Source: Octopus sinensis
Lineage: Eukaryota
DNA: 64,000 nucleotides
Reading direction: 5' to 3'
Assembly (NCBI RefSeq): GCF_006345805.1
Contig: NC_043000.1
Coordinates: 74,710,001 to 74,774,000 of the forward strand
Positions 52,373 to 64,000 of this stretch are shown here, one piece after another. The notes beneath the pieces were generated by a model, which was not told the origin of the DNA, did no database searches, and was given only the letters and a program-made list of their open reading frames with translations. The position numbers and the translations under genes are program-made. The number at the start of each line of letters is the position of its first letter. Position 1 is the stretch's first letter.

Positions 52373-53051
52373 TATATACAAGCAAAACGCTTCCCATTTA
52401 AAAATTTAAGGAATAAAGGTTTAAGGAATAAAAAGAGAATAAAAAATATGAAGTAAAAGTAATGAACAAAACAAATGTTAACTATTTGTGGTTCCCTCCC
52501 GGTGAAAATTAATCAAGGCTACATTATGCAATTAACATACAATCCAAACTTGATGATTCCGATGTAAGGGAGGTAATTTTAATTAATATTAGAGGGTTCT
52601 AGAGTGTATTTATTACATAATACATTTGATACCCATTCCCTTGACTGTATTATGTTAATTATAGGGTGGTTTATCGTGTACTGTTCATACACAGTAAATA
52701 TATAAAGTAATAAATACACTCTAAGAACTCTCTAATATTAATTAAAATTACCTCCCTTACATCGGAATCATTAAGTTTGGATTGTATGTTAATTGCATAA
52801 TGTAGCCATGATTAATTTTCGCCGGGAGGGAACCACAAATAGATAAGTTAACATTTGTTTTGTTCATTACTTTTACTTCATATTTTTTATTCTCTTTTTA
52901 TTCCTTAAACCTTTATTCCTTAAATTTTTAAATGGGAAGCGTTTTGCTTGTATATACAGTTGCGGCCAAAATGTTCAGAACGGCATTGTTTTCGTCAGAA
53001 AAGTAGGTATAAGTTTTTATCAAAGTTGCTTTATATTCTATAATTTTCACA
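52278..53051. repeat. Long inverted duplication (arms of 339 and 345 bp, 90-bp spacer) that includes the Tc1 right end
   Basis: Arms 52278-52616 and 52707-53051. Confidence 0.93.
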
Positions 53052-53095
53052 TATATATGTGTATATATGTATATATGTATACAAAAAGGATATTT

Positions 53096-53133
<38 letters not shown>

Positions 53134-53515
53134 GTATATATTATATATGTATATATATGTATATATATATATGTATATATATGTATTATATATGTATATA
53201 TATGTATATGTATATATATATGTATATATGTATATATGTATATATATATATGTATATATATATATGTATATATATATGTATGTATATATATGTATATATA
53301 TATGTATATATATATATGTATATATATATGTATATATATGTATATTATGTATATATATATATATATGTATATATATATGTGTATATATGTATATATATAT
53401 ATATGTATATATATATATGTATATATATTGTATATATGTATATGTATATATGTATATATATATATGTATATGTATATATGTATATATATATATGTATATA
53501 TGTATATATATATAT
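53052..53515. repeat. Compound (TA)n/(TATG)n microsatellite
   Basis: Direct inspection. Similar arrays lie at 55841-55976 and 56215-56760. Confidence 0.95.
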
Positions 53516-55838
53516 GGGAAAATGAATGGGATAAAGAGAGTCTGCCGAATGTTGACCCAACAGAGGGACCAGCTATCCGAGTTGATAGTTCCGTGGTAGC
53601 TAAGGCAATTAGAAGCATGAAGACAGGGAAAGCCCCAGGCCCATCAGGAATCACTGCAGAGATGCTCAAAATGTCTGGTAGTGTCGGCTATAGCCTAGTC
53701 CCGTATAGTTAATCAGGTGATACACAAAGGGGTCATACCCAATGACTGGTGTAGCAGTATAATAGTCAACTGCTACAAAGGTAAAGGTGATGCCCTAGAT
53801 ACAAATAACTACAGAGGTATCAAGCTGTTGGACCAGGTGATGAAGGTTACGGAGAGGGTCATAGCCCAACTAATTAGAGAGAGAGTTAGTTTAGATGAGA
53901 TGCAGTTTGGGTTTGTGCCAGGGAAAAGTACTACTGATGCTATATTCCTGGTAAGGCAGCTGCAGGAGAAATACCTAGCCAAAGATAAGCCCCTGTACCT
54001 GGCTTTTGTTGACATGGAGAAAGCCTTCGACAGGGTCCCCCGATCCCTTATCCGGTGGGCAATGAGGAAACTAGGGATAGATGAATGGTTAGTGAGAGCT
54101 GTGCGGGCCATGTACAGGGACGCCGCTTGTAGGGTGAGGGTTGGAAATGTGTACAGTGAAGAATTCCGGGTAGAGGTAGGAGTCCACCAAGGCTCAGTAC
54201 TCAGCCCCCTCCTATTTATCATAGTCCTCCAGGCAATAACGGAGGAATTCAAGACAGGATGCCCTTGGGAGCTCCTCTATGCTGATGACCTTGCTCTAAT
54301 TGCTGAGTCGCTATCAGAACTGGAGAAGTTTCAGGTGTGGAAACAAGGATTAGAATCGAAGGGCCTCAGAGTCAATCTAGCTAAAACCAAAGTCGTAATC
54401 AGTAGGAAGGTAGACAAATCACAAACACCTTCAGGTAGATGGCCCTGCTCGATCTGTAGAAAAGGTGTAGGTAGAAACTCTATAAGATGCACCAAGTGTA
54501 AGCTATGGACACATAAGAGATGCAGCAATGTCAAAGGAAGGCTAACTAGGAAGATGGTTTTTGTATGTGGCAGATGCTCAGGAACAATAAACACTGAAAA
54601 TGCTCTGAGACCAACTTCCGTCACTTTCCAGGGAGAAAAACTAGAAATAGTTGATAGTTTCCGTTACCTAGGTGACCAAGTCAGCAGCGGGGGCGGGTGT
54701 GCTGAAAGTGTAACTGCTAGAGTAAGAATAGCTTGGGCAAAGTTCAGAGAGCTCTTACCTCTACTGGTGACAAAAGGCCTCTCGCACAGAGTGAAAGGCA
54801 GACTGTATGATGCGTGTGTACGAACAGCCATGCTACATGGCAGTGAAACATGGGCCGTGACTGCTGAGGATATGCGTAAGCTCGCTAGAAATGAAGCCAG
54901 TATGCTCCAATGGATGTGTAATGCCGGTACTCACACTCGGCAGAGTGTAAGTACCTTGAGAGAAAAGCTGGACCTAAGAAGCATCAGTTGTGGTGTGCAA
55001 GAGAGACGTTTGCGCTGGTATGGTCATGTGGCGAGAATGGATGAAGATAGTTGTGTGAAAAAGTGCCACACCCTAGCGGTTGAGGGAACCTGTGGAAGAG
55101 GCAGACCCAGGAAAACCTGGGACGAGGTGGTGAAGCACGACCTTCGAACTTTAGGTCTCACTGAGGAAATGACTAGAGACTGAGACCTCTGGAAGTGTGC
55201 TGTGCGCGAGAAGACCCGGCAGGACAAGTGAGTCCATAACCCGTGGCCTTCTACATGGGATGGAGCCAGCCTACGTATGCATACCTTCCCTTCTTGGGAC
55301 ACAAAACTCTACTTGTGAAGACGTGATGAGGCAAGTGAGGATCAGAATCGAAATCGATCAATGGAAATTGCGGATGTGCTACCAGTGCCGGTGGCATGTC
55401 AAAACTCTGCTTGTGAAGACCCGTTGAGGCAAGTGACGATCAGAATCGAAATCGATCAATGGAAATCGATCAATGGAAATTGCAGATGTGTTACCAGTGC
55501 CGGTGGCATGTAAGAGAACTTTCCGTTTTGCGACCGTTGCCAGCACCGCCCCGTTTCGTGTCCGTTGCCAGCCTCACCTGGCCCTCGTGCCGGTGGCACA
55601 TAAAAAGCACCATCCGTTCGTGGCCGTTTGCCAGCTCTGTCTGGCACCAGTGCGGGTGGCACGTAAAAAGCACCCACTACACTCACGGAGTGGTTGGCGT
55701 TAGGAAGGGCATCCAGCCATAGAAACACTGCCAGATTTGACTGGGCCTGATGAAGCCTTCAGGCTTCACAGACCCCAGTAGAACCGTCCAACCCATGCTA
55801 GCATGGAAAACGGACGCTAAACGATGATGATGATGATG

Positions 55839-55840
<2 letters not shown>
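53514..55840 (+). mobile_element. Young 5'-truncated RTE LINE; RT region nearly intact
   Basis: ENEWDKESL... from 53517, one frameshift near 53700, then the 488-aa ORF 53717-55183 (QGSVLSPLLF, LLYADD, PHD finger, RLRWYGHV), 3' UTR and (GAT)n tail. Confidence 0.95.
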
Positions 55841-55886
<46 letters not shown>

Positions 55887-56240
55887 GTATATATGTATAT
55901 ATATGTATATATGTATATATATGTATATATGTATATATATGTATATATATGTATATATATGTATATATATATATATGAATTTGTTGAAATGGAAAGATGA
56001 ATTTTCTTGTTACAGATTATTCAAAAGTTTAACCGATACCTGGTTTAACCGTTGTTCTGACAACGTAATTCCTGGCTTTTCCTGAAGAGAAAGCTGCAAT
56101 ATGGTATCCTTATTTAATCAGAATTTGGAAAATTGTGGCCTTTGAAACATGTGTAGAATGTAATAAAAGGAATTCTGTACAATCTTCGTTCAACTCCATT
56201 TCTTCCATTCACTAATTATATATATATGTATATATATATG

Positions 56241-56289
<49 letters not shown>

Positions 56290-57040
56290 ATATATATGTG
56301 TGTACATATATATATATGAATATATATATGTATATATGTATGTATATATATGTATATGTTGATATATATGTAGATATATGTATATATATATATGTATGTA
56401 TATATATGTATACATATATGTATGTATATATATGTATACATATATGTATGTATATATATATGTATGTGTATATATATGTATATATATGTATACATATATG
56501 TGTATATATATATATATTTATGTGTATACATATATATATATGTATATTTATCTGTATATATATATATATATATGTATATATATGTGTATGTATATAAATA
56601 TATGTATATATATGTGTATATATATGTATGTATAGGTGTGTGTGTATATGCTTGTGTGTATATGTGTGTATATTTATATGTGTATGTATATAGATATTTG
56701 TATATGTATATGTCTATATGTGTGTATATATATTATATATATATATATTATATTATATAATATTTGGGAGTAAATCCAAACTTACAGGGAAAAATTAGAT
56801 TTAGGATTAAATCCAATTTTACAGTATAAATATACATATTAAATTAGAGATAAAACCACTATTAAGCAAATCAAACAGTGAAAAACATAAACCAATATAT
56901 AGAAATAAAATTAATTAATATAATATATAAAATTCATAATTTAAATTATTTAAATTTAAAGTTAAAATTTTTTAAATTATTTAAATAAATTATTAATTCA
57001 TACTTAGAAATTTTTATATAAATATATATATGTATATATA

Positions 57041-57391
57041 TACTCTTTTACTTGTTTCAGTCATTTGACTGCGGCCATGCTGGAGCACCGCCTTTAATCG
57101 AGTAACTCGACCCCGGGACTTATCTTTTGTAAGCCCAGTACTTATTCTATCGGTGTCTTTTGCCGAACCGCTAAGTAACGGGGACAGACACAGAAACACA
57201 CACATGCATACATATATATATACATATATACGACGGGCTTCTTTCAGTTTCCGTCTACCAAATTGACTCACAAGGCTTTGGTTGGCCCGAGGCTATAGTA
57301 GAAGACACTCGCCCAAGGTGCCACGCAGTGGGACTGAACCCGGAACCACGTGGTTGGTAAACAAGCTGCTTACCACACAGCCACTCCTGCA

Positions 57392-57394
<3 letters not shown>
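57041..57394 (-). mobile_element. Complete tRNA-derived SINE
   Basis: Head AGGTGCAGGAGTGGCTGTGTGGTAAG...GGGTTCAGTCCCAC, central microsatellite, tail ...ACTGAAACAAGTAAAAGAGTA. Confidence 0.85.
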
Positions 57395-57460
<66 letters not shown>

Positions 57461-57544
57461 TTATTTATTTTTATTATTATTATTATTATTTTTTTAAATA
57501 ACTATCAAAAAGTATTAAAAAGTTTAATATAAGATAAAGAGTGA

Positions 57545-57648
57545 AATCACTACGATCGTTTCGTGCCCATAACCTAATTCGAATAACAATAATTTAAATT
57601 CAATTTATAATTCGAATTATGGTTATAGTCAATCTTCAGGTTAATGAT
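57545..57648 (-). ncRNA. Hammerhead ribozyme-like motif (minimal type I, probably decayed) in an AT-rich Penelope-like repeat
   Basis: CTGAAGA (57639-57633), long stem II, GAAA, palindromic CGATCG, then TA. Confidence 0.5.
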
Positions 57649-59264
57649 AATATTTTAATAAATAATCAAAAATATTTAAATAATATTTTCTAAGAAATAA
57701 ATAAAATAATAATTTTTCTTATAAAAAACTCTATTATCAAACTAGAAACTTTAACGATTATGATTATGCCATACAATCGATTATAATGTTAAATATTAAA
57801 TTTTTAAGTATTAATTTTTAAGGTAAGAAACCCACAAATAATCTAATCTCAGTTATAGTCAATATCTGATTACATAAATATTTTACAAAAAAAAAAACTA
57901 TTCATATTATTAAATATAATTTCAAGTCAAATAATTATATAATATTTGAATAATAACTAAATTATCAATGAAAATATTAAATATAAGAATTAAGATCGAA
58001 AATTATCTCTATCAATAAATATATATGCACGTATAATAAAGACCTAATAAATTAATTATTCATTATTACATATAAAAAATATTAAAAGATTAAAGATGAA
58101 ATAGCTAATTGTAAAACAAACAAACAAACAATCTTAAAAGAACGCTATAACTAATTAACGATCCATATATCTCGTTGGCTAACTAATAACTTTCAAAAAT
58201 CATATAGTTAAGAAACTAAAATGAAATAATAAAATACTTAATGAAAAAATCAATCCGTAGTTATATAGTTTCAAATAAATACTGCAAATATATTTATCAA
58301 TGGAAAAAATATTATTACCAATTATCAATTTTAAAAAAACAGTATATAAGTTATAATAACAATTATAAAAATTTAAAATAACAATCAACAAATATAGTTA
58401 TTTAAGACTAAAATTTATGCTATCAATACATGTATATACATGAAACCTAACTTTAAAAACAAATTGTATAACTGTTAACGATCTATATATCTCTTTGGCT
58501 AAGTAAAGTCTTACGAATAAACGTAAAGTTAAAACCTAATAATTATATTGAAAAAATTACGATAACTAGATCATTACATAACCATTAGTATTTATATAAA
58601 ATACAATATTATACATTAATCATACTATATTAATTAATTTTATTTCTATGTATTGGTTTATGTTTTTCACTGTTTGATTTGCCTAATAGTGTTTTTATCT
58701 CTAATTTAATATATATATATATATATGTAATAATAATATTAGGTAAAATTCAGTATGATAATATTAGACCAAATTTCGTAATATATAACATATAATGTAT
58801 GTATATAACTAATTTAGAGACGAACCACCATTCCACAACTCAGTCAATGAATAACCTGTCCAATAAACTGTACTGTGAGATATATACCATACACAATACT
58901 AATCTAAAATTTTGATATTATATAATATTGAAGAGTAAGATTATTACAATCATATAATATATAAGAGCAAATACTTTTAAAACGAATACCATACAAAGAA
59001 ACATTCATCATAAAAATATAAAACCAAATAAAGTATAAATTGAATAATTAAATTAATGCAATAATATAATGTATAAAATTAAGTACTTGTACGTCGACTA
59101 TGTGCATTTCAAGACTGCATTAGGACTATATAAAATCATATAAGCAAACCATATCCAAGTTCATTAGAATGGAAAAATGGTTTTATTCTTAATCGTAACT
59201 ATAGACTATATGTCCTTATATTTATTGTTGTCTTTAATAAATGTTTTAATTATATTAAAAATCT

Positions 59265-59462
59265 CAGTACTGCCTGACTGGCATGTAAAAGCACCCACTA
59301 CACTCTCGGAGTCGTTGGCATTAGGAAGGGCATCCATCTGTAGAAACTCTGCCAGATCAGATTGGAATCTGGTGCAGCCATATGGTTCGCTAGACCTCAG
59401 TCAAATCATCCAACTCATGCTAGCATGGAAGGCAGACATTAAACGACGACGATGATGATGAT
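59265..59462 (+). mobile_element. RTE 3' terminal fragment
   Basis: GGCATGTAAAAGCACCCACTACAC...TAGCATGGAAGGCAGACATTAAACGACGACGATGATG. Confidence 0.85.
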
Positions 59463-59677
59463 ATATATGCATGCATACACACAGACATACACACAGGCAT
59501 TCAAACAGGTGATAACTGAAAAGGATTAAGGAAGAATTATCCAGAGACAAGCTCTACATGAGAACTAAATGGTAAAGTTGGTATAAACGTACTTTAGTAA
59601 TGAGACTTTATATGCATACATTTGTATAAGAGAAGTTTTGCCATACTTACTACCTGAATGAATATATTGTTTTGCAG

Positions 59678-59833
59678 GCAATGAAGACTTATCATGCATA
59701 TCAAGCTGAAGCTAAGAATGCTGAAGCTAAATTGCAAGATGTCCAAGCACAAAAGAAGAAACTTGAACAACAACTCCAAGGTAAAACTGGAACCACAAGA
59801 AGTTTAAAAAGATTTGAACATAGGGAAGAAAAG
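59678..59833 (+). CDS. srGAP: srGAP F-BAR internal exon (AMKTYHAYQ...FEHREEK)
   Basis: TTTGCAG| acceptor and |GTAAGC donor, 156 nt, phase 0. Matches the vertebrate VMKTYHMY...ESKLKEAE segment. Confidence 0.92.
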
Positions 59834-59897
59834 GTAAGCAATTCAGTTTTAATTTGTTATTTTATGTTAATAGAACAAACATGTTTTATGTTATAAT

Positions 59898-60023
59898 AGT
59901 TGGTTTAGCAGATATACTGGCATTGCCTGGGTTAATGAGAATAATGAAATTTAAAAATGCTGTATAGATTACGCAGGTCTCAACTGCAAGTAGCTGAAAT
60001 ATCAACTTTCTACATTAATAACT
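59898..60023 (-). repeat. Helitron-type 3' terminal segment, copy 1 (126-bp direct repeat of 60914-61039)
   Basis: Minus strand reads CCCAGGCAATGCCAGTATATCTGCTAA; about 6-7 differences from copy 2. Confidence 0.75.
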
Positions 60024-60319
60024 TTTCCAACTCATGCCAGCATGGAACACAGACAATAAGTGAAATGTTAAAAGAAAGTTTTCAGCTCATGTAAAATAAA
60101 TACATGTAATTCAAAAACACATTTTGAGAGGCTGAGTTTGGTGATTCATTTGACAGAGGTGGTAGAGCCAATCCAATGATAAATATGACCTTGGATCTTG
60201 AAAGTTTGCATGAATCCTGGCTCAGTTAAATTTCTTGTGGCTTCAAATGATGTCATCTGTAATGCAGCGTTGTATTGTCTAATTTTGTTTTGGAAGTGCT
60301 AGGAATCTTGGTCAGTTGA

Positions 60320-60740
60320 TGACAACAAGAGATTGTAAAAGAGACTGGGCATTGGAGACAGAATCACTGATAACAGCGATGTTGTCAGCAAAGTCAGTGT
60401 CTGTTAAGTGTTCCGCTGGGTGTCTGGAACTTCTTCTAGGTTTTATTTCAAAGCCCTTGCCAGAAATGGTATCAACTGACATACGTAGCACATAGTCAAT
60501 GACAATGATGAAGAGAAATGGGGCGAGTGTGTCTCCCTGCAGTATTCCGGCTTTGATTGAGAAAAATGATATTTCCCCATCAGGGGTTAAGATGGTTGAA
60601 GACGTATCTGTGTAGAGGACCTTGATGGCAGAGATGATTTTGTCTGGAATCCCATAGAGCTTAAGGATTTCAAACATCTTGTACCTATCTACAGAGTCGA
60701 ACGCTTTAGAAAAGTCTACAAACACCATTGCAAGATCGCA
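60320..60740 (-). mobile_element. RTE-like RT fragment (second family)
   Basis: FVDFSKAFDSV, GILQGDTLAPFLF, TDFADNI. Confidence 0.85.
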
Positions 60741-60913
60741 ATTAAATGCTAGAAATTTTAAAAACATGACATATCTGCCAGCGAATTGCTGTAGATTAAA
60801 TCGAAATAAGTGTACTTAAACATTTATACTGAAAAGTCATGTGATAACTATGGCGTCCATTACTCAGAGATAAATACATTAATTTACTATAATAATAACA
60901 AAATTAATAACAA

Positions 60914-62444
60914 AGTTGGTTTAGCAGATATACCGGCATTGCCTGGGTTAATGAGAATAATGAAATTTTAAAATGCTGTATAGATTACGCAGGTCTCAAC
61001 TGCAAGTAGCTGAGATACCAACTTTCTATATCAATAACTGGTCAACTTGTAATGATATGCATAAGATCTGGTCATCAAATCTAAGTAGAGATTTCAAACT
61101 TAAAATCTTCAAAGCCACGGTCAAACCAATTCTACTATATGGCTCAGAAACCTGGACGTTATCAAAGAAGCTTGAGAGGCGGTTGGATGGAACTTACACT
61201 CGCCTCCTTATGAGAGCTCAAAATCTCTCGTGGAAGTGTCATCCAACCAAAGTACAAATATATGGGAAATTACCACCTGTATCATCTCTTGTGAAAGGTA
61301 GAAGAGTCCAGTTTCTGGACATTGTTGTAGAGCTGAAAACAAGGTAATTTCTACTCTTCCTCTCTGGAAGCCATCTGCTCGCGATACCAGAGGACGCACA
61401 CTCTCCTACCCTGATGTAATCTCCAGGAAGACAGGCATCCAGCAACAGGACCTCCGTAATGCTATGATGGATTGTGAAGTCTGGCGTAACATAGTAAATT
61501 CTATTGTCTCGACCACGGTCGAACAATGATGATGATGACAACAGTTTTTTCAATAGCTCTGGAGGTTGGGGGATTGCAGAGAGTTTAACCTCTCCACCAC
61601 TGCAGCACAGTGTAAGTGTCTCTCCAAGCCACTTCCTTGTTTTACAATGTATGCACTCAGTTGTCATTGTGCCAGTGTCATTTGCATAATGAACTGCTAA
61701 TTCAAAGCTGCTTCATAGAAGTTGCTTCTCTGAGCTGTTGTAACTGCTCTTCATTCCACAGTGGAGATCCTATTCCTTGTCAGCCATGCGTACCTCTGTT
61801 CATCACTTTAAGATGCCTTGGCTTTTGTAGTACACAGTCTGTTTGTTTCTTGGTATTCTTCCCATTCTGCAGCGGTCTCTCTTTCCCTGGACAGAGACAT
61901 TCTTTTGGCTGACCTTGACATTGTAGACAAATTTGATACTTTCCTTCAAGGCTTTGTTATATATGTATACAGAAGTACATGAGTGCAGAAAATAGTAAAT
62001 AATGAAAATAACTGGGTAACGGAAATTATATTTCTTAATACAATGGGCAAAAATTAAATAAGAAATTTTTACAGAAAATAAGGAATTGTACAAGTTGAAG
62101 TGAAATTTGTCACTTAGTGAACCAAAGAGCTAGTATCGAAGGAACCAGGAAAAAATCCGTTAACAATAGAAAAACACAAAATCGTTGCAAGAAATTTTTA
62201 GGGAAATTAACTAAGTATATGGATTTAAGTGAAATTTTTGAAGTTACTTCTGTCAGTAAATTATGTATGAAATTACTTTCATCGGTAATTGTGAACTTCT
62301 TTCTGTCAGTAATTTGTCATTGTTGTTTGAAAACTTACAGTTGAAAACTTACAGTGAAAACAATAGTGATTGACAGAGAGATATAGAGAGATAGAGATAC
62401 ATGTGAAAAGTGAATAGACACACATTTCTATTTTATATATTAGA
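60914..62444 (-). mobile_element. Internally deleted Helitron interrupted by an RTE-like 3' end
   Basis: 5' A|TCTAATATATAAAA at 62444. N-terminal MTTECIHCKTRKWLGET..CCSGGEVKL..PPELLKKLL (61540-61667). 3' terminal segment 60914-61039. Confidence 0.78.
61040..61537 (+). mobile_element. RTE-like LINE 3' end with (GAT)n tail
   Basis: KIWSSNLSR...ILLYGSETWTL...LDGTYTRLL, ending STTVEQ**GATGATGA. Confidence 0.85.
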
Positions 62445-63591
62445 TGAGATTGTGGTAATTTTTTGACCAATGGATGTAGAGACAATCACTTTCTGAAAGT
62501 TACTTTGCAAAGAGTTACCTCCCTTCTCCAGGAATGGGTATTTTCTACCCCCATAGTGCCTGTTACTCATTATGTGAAAAATTTTAAGAGACTAAAACCA
62601 TCCCTAGTACATAAGTAATATATGTTCCCAGTTTGGAGAAAATCAGTTGAAAAATACAGCTGTTATAATCTTTTACACACACACACATAACGGGATTTAT
62701 ATTATAGATGTGCAATATCATTAATACAATGTTTGTTTTTTCCAAATTTTTTCTCATGTAGTTATTCAACAAGATTGAGTTTAGTCTTGCTTGACAATAA
62801 ATCAATGCTCTACTGTCAAATTTCATTGACTTCATGTTTCCTGGCATTAGTGGCGGCAAATGTTTAAATTCAACAAAAGTGCTTTGATGTTTCTATTAGT
62901 CCTTATTTTGTCACAAAATACATAAACACATGCTCACATACAATTACTGTTTGTCAGAATTCAGTCAATTCTAAGGAGGAATTGGACAATAATGTATTCA
63001 TGAAACCTTTAGATGCTCTTAGAATTCTAATCCTAAAGAATTAGGCCTTATAAGAATGATTATGCATTGTTAATCAAGATAAGCATATTTCTAACTTACT
63101 AAAATGTTTTTAGCTTCTAACCTGCATGCCAGTCTTTGATCATAGGTTGTTTTTTGTTTGTCTTTTTTTTTTTTTTTTTTTTGACATATCAGAAACTACA
63201 TTGTCCAAGTGTATCCTTTACTGACAACAGTAGGGTATGGTTTAAGCAAGATTCAGATGCTGTTGGCAGTAGTTGCACAACTAAATTGGGGGTTCCTTGT
63301 TCCTGTTTATTCTTAAATAGATGTATCTTTAATTCTCACTTCTTCAATTTTCTCTTCCTCACTTTTTCTTGATTTATCTATGACTCTTTTCTCCTTTCTC
63401 TTTCTTCTGTTTTGTATTTCATTTCATTCTCTATCTTATCTTTTTCATCTCTTACAATTTGGCTATTTCATAAAATAAATAAATGAAAATCATTGCTGGC
63501 TTTGGCAGAAGGAATATCACAAGAAGTCATGTTCAAATTAGCTTTTATTTATGTATCCTATATATTTGATATATTTTCTTTCTATTTGTAG

Positions 63592-63720
63592 CGGAAACAC
63601 AAATACAATGAGAACAAATTAAAGGCTTTGAAAGCACGAAATGATTATCTTTTATGTATAGAGTCTGCGAATGCTGCCATTAATAAATATTACTCTGATG
63701 ATATCACAGACCTTATGGAT
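63592..63720 (+). CDS. srGAP: srGAP F-BAR internal exon (RKHKYNENKLKALKARNDYLLCIESANAAINKYYSDDITDLMD)
   Basis: TTTGTAG| acceptor and |GTAAGT donor, 129 nt, phase 0. Matches vertebrate RQAKYTENKLKAIKARNEYLL..ATNASVFKYYIHDLSDLID. Confidence 0.93.
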
Positions 63721-64000
63721 GTAAGTGAAAAAGTTCATGTTCATTACTGTTATCATTATTATTATTATTATCCATTTATTATTATTTTATCTTTTAAAGA
63801 CTTTTTATCTTGATTTTGATTTCATCTTTATAGTATCATTTACAAAGCCCTCCTCCTCAACATAACTCCTTACTCCCAGTTGAGGGCTTTTGCCTTTTTT
63901 GTCTTGCAAGGTACTTGGTGATCCTATTGGTGTCTTGCTTAATGATGAAGTAACTAATATTATGAGATAAATTTGTTTGGTTGTTTCTCTTATTTTTTTT

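Noticed and set aside
53057-53712. Long Y/I/M/C-rich ORFs in the track (also 56190-56760, 18674-18971, 55849-56085)
   Set aside because: They are translations of (TA)n/(TATG)n microsatellites, not proteins.

Overview
Eukaryotic, AT- and microsatellite-rich animal DNA. The repeat landscape suggests a coleoid cephalopod such as Octopus (inference). The only host gene recognised is an srGAP (SLIT-ROBO Rho GAP) orthologue on the + strand, with three in-frame phase-0 F-BAR exons (40271-40333, 59678-59833, 63592-63720). No further exon was found, so the rest is probably intron. That intron space is filled with nested, mostly decayed transposons: several RTE LINE copies and 3' UTRs, a near full-length HERO-clade RLE retrotransposon, an R4/Dong fragment, Penelope-like elements, Tx1/L1 and BovB-like fragments, mariners, an IR/DR Tc1, a hAT with an 8-bp TSD, a Chapaev-like remnant, Helitrons and tRNA-derived SINEs. 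The most striking unexplained structure is in the HERO 5' UTR: five back-to-back hairpins with an invariant GAAAGA loop and five different complementary stems. The same element carries a 281-bp copy of its own 3' end at its 5' end. Several decayed hammerhead-ribozyme motifs and long foldbacks were also noted. All calls were made by eye from motifs; no database search was run. Boundaries without a TIR, TSD or splice site are approximate.
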